Source: Abditibacterium sp.
Lineage (GTDB): Bacteria > Armatimonadota > Abditibacteriia > Abditibacteriales > Abditibacteriaceae
Assembly (NCBI GenBank): GCA_965199495.1
Contig: CBDASK010000003.1
Span: 3,648,001 to 3,712,000 of the forward strand
Direction: 5' to 3'
Length of the DNA: 64,000 bases
The position numbers and the translations under genes were made by a program. The notes under the pieces were generated by a model. The model was not told the DNA's origin. It worked only from the letters and a program-made list of their open reading frames with translations, and did not search any database. Numbering within the stretch: position 1 is the stretch's first letter; each line of letters opens with the position of its first letter. Shown piece after piece: positions 57,001 through 64,000 of this stretch.

Positions 57001-58351
57001 GCGCCATTGCAATCGTCGCCTCGACGCAATCCTCGCGTTCGATGGAAAGCGGATTGTAAACCACCAGACTTTGGCCCTGCGCGCGCGTATCCAGCGCCGC
57101 CGAAACCACGCCGACGCTGTCCTGCGCGACATCGCCGAACATTTTCATCGCCAAAATCTCGTCGTTATAGGAGAAATCGTAGGCGCGCGGCAGGCTGGTG
57201 CCGGGCAAAATGTCGTGCATCTGCGAACCCAGCAGAATATCCCACGCCTGATAAAGCGGCTGCGACGGGTAGCTCTTGCCACCCAGCCACGTCGCCGCGA
57301 CGCTGGCGCGTTCGGCGGTATCGGCCAGCAGTTCGCCCTTGCGGTTCCAACGCTTCATGTGCGCTTCCGAAGTGATGCTGCCCGACGAATGCTGCGTCAG
57401 CAGCAGCTCGCCATTGTAGGTCGGCAACTTGGCGATCTGTTCGGGCCTCATGTCGTTGAACAGTTGGTCGGCGCGCGACGAAACGACTTTGAGCGGGCCA
57501 GTTCCGGCGACGCTTTTCTCCAGGTTAATCACCGATTTCTCGCTGGGCGCGCCGCCGCGATCTCCGGTGCCATAATAGTGGTAATCCACCGCCGCTCCCG
57601 ACTGCGCGCCGTTGTTCTGGGCGCGCTTGAGCCAACTCGAATTCTGGCTCAAATCGTCGTCAATACCGCCGCCGTAAGACCCCGGATCGAGTGCCGCAAC
57701 AACGCCCTTGCCGTTTGGCCCAACCCAATTGCCGACTTTAAACGGAATGCCGATGGCCGAACCCCAGGTCAACTTCTGAGTCGAGAAACCCTTGATGCCT
57801 TCATGCTCCAAAATCGTCGGCAACGCGTAGGGAAAACCGAAGCAATCGGGCAGCATGAACTCGTCGCTGGCGATGCCGAACTCCTTGCGAAAAAAGTGAT
57901 TGCCATAAAGCGTCTGGCGCACCAACGCCTCGGCGGAAGGCACGTTGGCGTCGCCTTCATCCACCGAACTGCCGCAGGGAAACCACTGACCTCTGGCGAT
58001 GTAGCCCTTCAATTTTTCGTAGTCCGCCGGATAATACTCGCGCATCATCTCGTAGCGGCGCGAACCGGAAAAGTTGAAGACGTAATCGGGATACTTGTCC
58101 ATCAACTTGAAGTTATCCTGCAAAGTGTTGGGCACATATTCGCGCACGCTCTGCGGATAGGCCCAGCGCCACTGCGTATCGAGATGCGCGTAGCCGACCA
58201 CATAAAGCGTGGGTTTGGTGTTGTCCCGTGGTTTGGGCGTCTTATTAATGGCGACGGGTTGCGCACCCGCAGGAATGGCAAGCGCCAGCATTGGCGCCGC
58301 CGCCAGCAGCATTAGCAGGTTAGGACGAACACAAGAGGAGCGAGAAATCAT
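54017..58351 (-). CDS. Secreted GH38 alpha-mannosidase with C-terminal chitobiase/Ig-like and LamG domains
   Basis: YAHLDTQWRW, MLPDCFGF, YGTGDRGG, QMHDILPGTS; YTLDGSDPT; WQMITATYDGTDVRLYKNG. Confidence 0.93.
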   Translation of the reverse strand: MISRSSCVRPNLLMLLAAAPMLALAIPAGAQPVAINKTPKPRDNTKPTLYVVGYAHLDTQWRWAYPQSVREYVPNTLQDNFKLMDKYPDYVFNFSGSRRYEMMREYYPADYEKLKGYIARGQWFPCGSSVDEGDANVPSAEALVRQTLYGNHFFRKEFGIASDEFMLPDCFGFPYALPTILEHEGIKGFSTQKLTWGSAIGIPFKVGNWVGPNGKGVVAALDPGSYGGGIDDDLSQNSSWLKRAQNNGAQSGAAVDYHYYGTGDRGGAPSEKSVINLEKSVAGTGPLKVVSSRADQLFNDMRPEQIAKLPTYNGELLLTQHSSGSITSEAHMKRWNRKGELLADTAERASVAATWLGGKSYPSQPLYQAWDILLGSQMHDILPGTSLPRAYDFSYNDEILAMKMFGDVAQDSVGVVSAALDTRAQGQSLVVYNPLSIEREDCVEATIAMAPGTNSVTVFAPDGTAVPTQIIARTGNSAKIIFLASVAPNGFKTFDARTSATAPAMKMGELKVSEQNRTLENARFRVTINAAGDISSVFDKKNNTETLKAPARLAFVYHNPSAFPAWNMDWDDAKKAPIAYVDGPAQIRVVENGPLRVAIEVTRNARGSKFVQTISLASGAAGESVGVKNNIDWQSQQVALKAEFPMAHGNPKATYDLQVGAIMRGNNDPKKYEVPQHQWFDLTGTNGKSGAAILNDCKFGSDKPTDDLIRLTLLYTPGVRGGYQDQAHQDFGKHEFLYNIAPHAGDWRDGDVPWQAKRLNQPLRAFGVAKHDGKLGKSFSLARTNSKQVEITAIKKAEDSDEIVVRFRELIGAPAKNVRLRMGSNIVAAREVDGQERTIGSATVKNGALETEVGAFSLRAFALKLAAAPTKVAPVQSVPVALSYDLDGISSRAKRSDGNFDGKGMTFAAEEIPATLQKDGINYKMGPTTDGAKNLMTARGQTISLPKGYTRVHVLAAASAGDVRGQFGVGAHKVSATIDNWSGFVGQYDTRLWGGVVPELTYNWNNPFVGLLPGYVKEGDVAWYASHRHMPTADTHYDYSYIFQKSFDIPAGATTLTLPNDPRIKIFAVSVAKGETPATPLAPLHDTLETHKFQSSSPEVFPANRNATDTVMATLSHPLYWDQNNLRYTLDGSDPTINSPVYKGEIPIYQSATIKATQFTPDGKATGVTTAKFVINDQTGPRIVKALGDPVAPVIELGFSEPLDKASAAMASNYQLNDGITAQKAVVSADGMNVTLTTNRGLRLEEVAELTVKGVKDASTNGNLIQVATLKVPGAQLFNSGRTPDPAEKTREVKLPGLPVGAKDPWSINVWCKPDAQPEDETVIAGFGDITDKEGKGRYLTKFARGIHFWGSGRDLDSNVKLDVGVWQMITATYDGTDVRLYKNGQPIGKAPLDFVDDEAVVRIKPLDPWSKSKIFPGAVTDMTVWRSPLTDEKIKSLFEQGVD

Positions 58352-58681
58352 GATGGGAGAAAACTGGGAAATGTCAAGCCGATGTCTGGTAAAAACGGAA
58401 ATTAAAGCGAAAAACCACGTTTTTCCGTTTGACATTATACAACTATTTGCCCCTAAATTCAAGCGCTCTAACTATACTGGAATACTATATAAAGAAAAAT
58501 ATTCGATTGTTAGTTCGTGCCAAGAAATAATGCTATTTTAAATATAAAAAACGTTTATGGAGAATGATTTATATAAATTTGAGGTATTTTTTAACAAAAT
58601 TAAATGACTATTTCATCAAATCATTCGGCGCAACAAAAGCCAGCATGGGTGCGTCCAATGCAGAAAAAGTTTAAGCCTCCG

Positions 58682-59923
58682 ATGAAATTGATTCTTGGCG
58701 CGTTATGCGCTTTAATTTTGTGTTCGCGAGTGAACGCTCACCCCGAAATGGACGGGCGTTTGACTGTGGGTTATCAGGGCTGGTTCGCGCCCACGCGTTT
58801 GGGCGACGGCGCGCGTTGGGTGCATTATGGCGCCGATGGCACGTTCGCGCCGGGCGGCAACATCGCCGTCGAAATGTGGCCCGATGTTTCCGAGTTGCCC
58901 GCCGATGAAAAAGTGCCGACCGATTTTCGCGACGCCGACGGCAGCGTCGCTCCCGTTTTCGATGCACAAAACGCGAATACGGTTAATCGTCATTTCGCGT
59001 GGATGAAAAATTATGGCATCGGCGGCGCGTGGCTGCAACGCTTCGCCGGGCCGACGCGCGACGAACGCGTTCGCGTTTCGATGGACAAAGTTTTGGATAA
59101 CGTGCGCGCCGCCTCGCGCCAGAACGAGGTGCCGTGGGCTTTGATGGTTGATTTGTCAGGCGTCAAAGCCGACGATATTTTTCCGACCGTCGCGGCGGAC
59201 TGGAAACGTTTGGTAGATTCCCATATTCGCGACGATCCGAACTACTTGTTCCACGGGAACAAACCCGCCGTGGCTTTGTGGGGCATCGGTTTTAGTGACG
59301 ACCGGCCCGCGCCCGCCGCGTATATGGAATTAATAAATTGGCTCAAAAACGATCCGGTTTACGGCGGCAATGCTGTTGTTTTGGGCGTGCCGTTCTACTG
59401 GCGCACCGGCACGCGCGACGCCGTAGCCACGCCGGACTTGAAAACCGTCATCGAAGCCGCCGACGTAATTTTTCCGTGGCCGGTTGGCCGCTACAATTCG
59501 CCCGACGCCGCGCGTGAAGTCGCGCAAAACGAGCGCGCGCCCGACATCGCGTGGGCGCGCGAACACGACAAAGCGTATATGCCGGGCATTTTTCCCGGCT
59601 TCAGTTGGCATAACTTGATGAAATCGCGCGGCAAAGACGCCGTAATGGACGAAATTCCGCGTCTGAGCGGCGAGTTTTTGTGGGCGCAAGCCGTCAGCGC
59701 CAAACGCGCGGGTGCGACCATGCTTTATGTCGCGATGTTCGACGAAATTGACGAAGGCACCGCGATTTTCAAAGTCTCCAACGACGCGCCGGTTGGCGAC
59801 ACTCCATTTCTCACGCTCCACGGTTTGCCGTCCGATCATTATTTGTGGTTGACCGGTCAAATCGCCCGTATGCTGCGCGGCGAAATTCCCGCGACCGACG
59901 CGATGCCAATGCGCAAACCATGA
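58682..59923 (+). CDS. Secreted GH71/99-like glycoside hydrolase (xylosidase-like)
   Basis: GYQGWF, EMWPDVSE, HFAWMKNYGIGGAWLQRF, PGFSWHN, YVAMFDEIDEGTAIFK. Confidence 0.8.
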   Translation: MKLILGALCALILCSRVNAHPEMDGRLTVGYQGWFAPTRLGDGARWVHYGADGTFAPGGNIAVEMWPDVSELPADEKVPTDFRDADGSVAPVFDAQNANTVNRHFAWMKNYGIGGAWLQRFAGPTRDERVRVSMDKVLDNVRAASRQNEVPWALMVDLSGVKADDIFPTVAADWKRLVDSHIRDDPNYLFHGNKPAVALWGIGFSDDRPAPAAYMELINWLKNDPVYGGNAVVLGVPFYWRTGTRDAVATPDLKTVIEAADVIFPWPVGRYNSPDAAREVAQNERAPDIAWAREHDKAYMPGIFPGFSWHNLMKSRGKDAVMDEIPRLSGEFLWAQAVSAKRAGATMLYVAMFDEIDEGTAIFKVSNDAPVGDTPFLTLHGLPSDHYLWLTGQIARMLRGEIPATDAMPMRKP

Positions 59924-62900
59924 AAATTCTCGCGCTTTTAAGCCTTTTACTTCTGCCGATGAGCGCGCGCGCCGCCACGACTTTTACACGCGATTTCGCC
60001 GCCGTTGAAGGAATTGTCACTGCGCCCGAAATGCCGTTGCGTCAGGAAATCAGCCTTAACGGGCGCTGGCAATTTCAGCCGATTGTTGTTCCGCCAGATT
60101 TCGCCCGCGATACCGGCGCCGCGCCCGCTTTGCCCGCTCCCAATCCGGCGAAATGGGACGCGACGCCGCTCAAAGTGCCTTCGCCGTGGAACGTCAATAC
60201 GTGGGGCAACGGGCGCGACGTGGGTGCAAATACGGCGCGGCCTTACTCCGCCGATTCGGTTTATTATCCGTCGTATCCGCGCGCGTGGGACGGCGCCGAA
60301 ATGGGTTGGCTGCGCCGCAGTTTTCGCGTGCCCGCCGATTGGGGCGCGCGCCGCGTGGTTTTGCATTTCGAGGGCGTCGCCGGTCAAGCGCAAATTTGGG
60401 TGAACGGGCGTAAAGTCGGCGAGCATTTCGATGAGTTTATGCCATTTGAATTCGATGTCACCGATCAAATCAAGCGCGATGGCGATAACGAATTGTTGGT
60501 CGGCGTGCGCAAAAGTTCGCTATTCGACATCGTTTCGCCCGATTATCCAGCGAACCAAAAGCGGACTTATCCCAACGGATCGAACATGGATGATTTGGTC
60601 GGCATCTGGAACGATGTTTCGCTGCTGGGACTGCCCGCGCTGCGCGTCAGCGATGTTTTCGTTCAGCCGCTGGTCAGTCAAAACGAGTTGCGTGCGCAAA
60701 TTACAATTCGCAACGACGGCGCGAGCGAACAAACGGTTTCGGTTGGCGCGACAGTTTCGCCGTGGCGCAATTTGGCCGGGCAAAGCGTTTTGGATGCGCC
60801 CGAACCCAAATGGCGTTTGGACGCGCCCATTCTAACTTTGAGCGCGCAAAGAACCACGATTGCGCCGGGAAAAAACGCGACGATTGTGTTGCGCCAAAAA
60901 TTAACCGACCAACTCAAATTATGGTCTCTCGACGCGCCGAATCTTTATGGCTTGGTTGCAAACGTCACGCGCGGCGCGACGATTGTGGACAAGAAATACA
61001 CGCGCTTTGGTTGGCGCGAGTGGACGATAAACGGGCGCGAATTGCGTTTGAACGGCGCGAAAATTCAGCTTAACGGCGATTTGTTGCATCCGTTTGGGCC
61101 GTTCATCGGTTCGCGGCGCTACGCATGGGCGTGGATGAAAATGGTGAAAGATGTCGGCGGCAACGCGATTCGTCCTCATGCGCAGCCACGTCCGCGCTTT
61201 TACTTGGATTTGGCCGACGAAATGGGCGTCGCGGTTTTGGACGAAGCGGCGGTTTTCGGTTCGAGCATTTCGCTCAACTTCAAGTCTCCGCAAACGTGGG
61301 AGCGTTTGGAAAATCACGTTGACGATTTGGTGAAGCGCGACCGCAATCACGCCAGCGTTTTTGGTTGGAGTCCAGCCAACGAAATGTTCGCGCAATTCCT
61401 GCGCGTTTCGCCCGCCGACAAAGCGCGACAATTGCCCAAACTGCAAGCCCTCGCGCTACGCCCGCGCGCGCTCGACCCGACGCGCCCGTGGATTTCCGCC
61501 GACGGTGACGAAGATTTGGGCGGCGTTTTGCCGACGTGGAATCGTCATTTTGGCATCGGCGTGCCCGATTTGCCCGACGTAGATAAACCCTTGATGGTGG
61601 GCGAGCAGGGCGGCACTTATTACGCTTCACCGCCGCATTTGGAACCGCTCGCGGGCGAAGTCGTTTATCGCGATACTGCCGGGCGCAATCAGGGTTTGGC
61701 CTTCGATTTATATCGGATGCTGACCAGCGCGGCGCACGAAAAACTATCGTATTTTTCGCCCTCGGAATTGGCGTGGTTTGGCCTCGAACCCTTGCCGTTG
61801 GGCACCCAAACCGACGAACGCGTGCCCAATTTGAGCGACGGCGTGTTTTTCGGGCCATACGTCGAAGGCCGCGCCGGAGTGCAGCCCGAACGTTTGCCGC
61901 CTTATTCGATGACGCTCAATCCCGGCTTCGATGCGGCGTTGCCGCTTTACCGATCGCTCCCGATGTTCGAGGCGATGCGCGATGGGTTGCGCGGAAACGC
62001 GAACAGCAAATGGGCCAAATTGCCCGTCGTCGCGCCGCGCGTGCAAAGCGCGCCGAGCAACGCAATCGAGCGCGTCGGTTTTGTCGGCCCGCGCGAGGGA
62101 GCTTTGTTCGCCGCTCTTTTCGCGATGGGCGTTCCGCTCGCGCAAACGCTCGATAATGCCGATTTGCTCATCGTGGATGGCGACAATGCGGGCGACGTGG
62201 CTGCAACGCAAGCCGCCATTGATGCGACGCTTCGGCGCGGGAAAATGGTGTGGATTATGGCGCGCGCAACCGGCGAAACGTTGCAATCGTTGCGTTTGCC
62301 GCCGCACCAAATCACAACGCGCCACGCGACTTCTCTCGTGCGCGGCGACGCAGACAAAGCGATTGACGGTTTCGGTCTGGGCGACCTCTATTTCGCTGAA
62401 GCCAGTGGCGACCGCGAAATTCAAAAAGTCGGTTTGCAAATCGCAACGGGACGCGTTTTGCTGCGCGCTGCCGATGTGGATTGGACTTTATGGAACGATC
62501 ACGGCGAAGTCGAGAAAAATAGCAACGTTTTGATTTACCAACATCTGCGTAAACCGGCGGGCGCGGCATTAATTGATGTGCCGCAAACCAAAGGCAAACT
62601 GTGGATTTCGACGCTCGATCCATCGTCCGATGCTCCGCAGATTCGCGCGTTTTGGCGGCAGTTAATGTCAAATGTCGGCGTGAAACTAAACGAGCCGCCG
62701 AGCGATATTCTGGTCGCTTCGGCGCGCAATGGCGCGGGCGCGACTTGGAGTTACACGTTTGATAAGCCCGCCGCCAATTGGTTTAAACCGAACTTTGATG
62801 ACGCGAACTGGAAAACCGGCGTCGCCGGTTTTGGCGGCGAAGTGCCGGGCGGAAATCCGCACACCGCGTGGAATACCAATAATATCTGGTTGCGCCGCGA

Positions 62901-63192
62901 ATTTGAAATTAAAGCAGTGCCGCGAACTCTCAATCTGGAAATTCATCACGATGAAGATGTCGAAGTTTTTCTCAATGGCACGCGCATTTTCGCCGAAACC
63001 GGACATTTGACGGCGTATAAATCGGTGCCGCTCGATGCAGCCACGTTGCAATTACTACGCGCCGGGCGCAACGTGCTGGCGGTTCATTGTCTGCAAACGG
63101 CGGGCGGCCAATATATAGATGTCGGTCTAACCAGTGCGGCGCCAGCTCCGATTCGCCCGCACGATTTGCTGTTGGACGGGCCGCTGCAATAG
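59920..63192 (+). CDS. Secreted GH2-family glycoside hydrolase with C-terminal carbohydrate-binding domain
   Basis: ISLNGRWQF, LHFEGVAG, RFGWRE, RDRNHASVFGWSPANE; ATGA coupling to the previous gene. Confidence 0.88.
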   Translation: MKILALLSLLLLPMSARAATTFTRDFAAVEGIVTAPEMPLRQEISLNGRWQFQPIVVPPDFARDTGAAPALPAPNPAKWDATPLKVPSPWNVNTWGNGRDVGANTARPYSADSVYYPSYPRAWDGAEMGWLRRSFRVPADWGARRVVLHFEGVAGQAQIWVNGRKVGEHFDEFMPFEFDVTDQIKRDGDNELLVGVRKSSLFDIVSPDYPANQKRTYPNGSNMDDLVGIWNDVSLLGLPALRVSDVFVQPLVSQNELRAQITIRNDGASEQTVSVGATVSPWRNLAGQSVLDAPEPKWRLDAPILTLSAQRTTIAPGKNATIVLRQKLTDQLKLWSLDAPNLYGLVANVTRGATIVDKKYTRFGWREWTINGRELRLNGAKIQLNGDLLHPFGPFIGSRRYAWAWMKMVKDVGGNAIRPHAQPRPRFYLDLADEMGVAVLDEAAVFGSSISLNFKSPQTWERLENHVDDLVKRDRNHASVFGWSPANEMFAQFLRVSPADKARQLPKLQALALRPRALDPTRPWISADGDEDLGGVLPTWNRHFGIGVPDLPDVDKPLMVGEQGGTYYASPPHLEPLAGEVVYRDTAGRNQGLAFDLYRMLTSAAHEKLSYFSPSELAWFGLEPLPLGTQTDERVPNLSDGVFFGPYVEGRAGVQPERLPPYSMTLNPGFDAALPLYRSLPMFEAMRDGLRGNANSKWAKLPVVAPRVQSAPSNAIERVGFVGPREGALFAALFAMGVPLAQTLDNADLLIVDGDNAGDVAATQAAIDATLRRGKMVWIMARATGETLQSLRLPPHQITTRHATSLVRGDADKAIDGFGLGDLYFAEASGDREIQKVGLQIATGRVLLRAADVDWTLWNDHGEVEKNSNVLIYQHLRKPAGAALIDVPQTKGKLWISTLDPSSDAPQIRAFWRQLMSNVGVKLNEPPSDILVASARNGAGATWSYTFDKPAANWFKPNFDDANWKTGVAGFGGEVPGGNPHTAWNTNNIWLRREFEIKAVPRTLNLEIHHDEDVEVFLNGTRIFAETGHLTAYKSVPLDAATLQLLRAGRNVLAVHCLQTAGGQYIDVGLTSAAPAPIRPHDLLLDGPLQ

Positions 63193-63202
63193 TTGTCTGC
63201 CA

Positions 63203-63248
63203 AAAAGCAAAAGAGCCTGACCAGAATTTGGTCAGGCTCTTTTGCTTT
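63203..63248. terminator. Bidirectional intrinsic terminator
   Basis: AAAGCAAAAGAGCCTGACCA-GAATT-TGGTCAGGCTCTTTTGCTTT between convergent genes. Confidence 0.8.
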
Positions 63249-63254
63249 GTCGAA

Positions 63255-64000
63255 TTACGAATCGCTCTCCGGCGCATCATTTTTGGGTTTGCGCGCGGGC
63301 GACGATTTTTTCGCGTTACGCTTGGCTTTCGCTCGTTTGGGCGCCGGTTTTTTGGCTGGAGTCGTTGCGTCTGTTGTGTCACCTGCGCGCACGCGCGGCG
63401 CTTTGGTGACAATCGTCGGTGATTCGCCCGCTCTGGCGATTTCTTCCATCGGTCTCGCGTCCGCTTCTTCTTCGGTTTCCAATCTCAACTCTTCCAATGT
63501 CTCGATTCTCGGTTCCGAATTGACAATCGGACGAAGTGGCTCGAAGTTGGTGACCTGTTCCGGCGTCGCGCTCGAATTTTCGACTTCGGTTGGCGGCAAT
63601 TCGGGCTGGGCCGCGACAATCGGCGCTTCCTCGACATCGCTTGCGTCGAACTCGGCGCCTTCGTCGGCGGCGCGTTGCAATTTCTGCAACGCTTCGAGTT
63701 CCGTGCCCGCCGTCATCGAAATTGTTTCGCCGCCAACAGCGTCGGGCGCTTCGACGGTTTCGATTCTATCGGCGGGCGGCACATCGGGCGCAAGTTCGAT
63801 GGATTCCGCGTCATCGGTGGGCGGTGTGGCTGCTCCCATCGTCACTGTCACCGTGTGTGTTTTCCCATCGTCTTTGAGCGGAATGATTTTGTCTTTCATC
63901 AATTTTCCATCAATTTCAACCGTCGCGACGCCGTTTTGCGCGCCGCTCGGATTAACGACTTCGATCTGGTAAAGCCCGCTTCCATGCTTGTAAGTCAGCT
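63255..64000 (-). CDS. C-terminus of a GH94-family glycosyl phosphorylase/cyclic glucan synthase with disordered tail (5' part outside window)
   Basis: Frame open to the window edge: LTYKHGSGLYQIEVVNPSGAQNGVATVEIDGK...IPLKDDGKTHTVTVTMG, typical of the GH94 C-terminus. Confidence 0.7.
   Translation of the reverse strand, partial: LTYKHGSGLYQIEVVNPSGAQNGVATVEIDGKLMKDKIIPLKDDGKTHTVTVTMGAATPPTDDAESIELAPDVPPADRIETVEAPDAVGGETISMTAGTELEALQKLQRAADEGAEFDASDVEEAPIVAAQPELPPTEVENSSATPEQVTNFEPLRPIVNSEPRIETLEELRLETEEEADARPMEEIARAGESPTIVTKAPRVRAGDTTDATTPAKKPAPKRAKAKRNAKKSSPARKPKNDAPESDS

Overview
Bacterial chromosome segment, roughly 58% GC by eye. Gene content and style suggest an Abditibacteriota/Armatimonadota-like organism, which is inference only. 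Housekeeping genes: rhaB, tsaD, ppa, crcB, cfa, rsmD, glf, dapB, asd, azoR, coaE, moxR, ilvD, dsbD. Other modules: a PASTA-(pseudo)kinase/ECF sigma/anti-sigma/VIT-vWA cluster, three Tad pseudopilin genes, a ferritin-like gene pair and a glycan-utilisation locus (sugar ABC transporter, GH38, GH99-like, GH2, GH94 end). I saw no rRNA, tRNA, CRISPR array, integrase or transposase. Four signals stand out. (1) A 1.4-kb island bracketed by a duplicated ilvD 3' end carries two translationally coupled genes that share an N-terminal Q/N/G-rich motif (TFxQxxQxVxxQxN[IV]xGNQN), a candidate amyloid-signalling pair. (2) The non-palindromic octamer CAGCCACG/CGTGGCTG occurs about 43 times on both strands and in several reading frames, like a DNA-uptake or Chi sequence. 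(3) Two separate integrase-free insertions are each flanked by diverged duplications of a gene 3' end. (4) About 17 long intergenic inverted repeats from many unrelated families are present.
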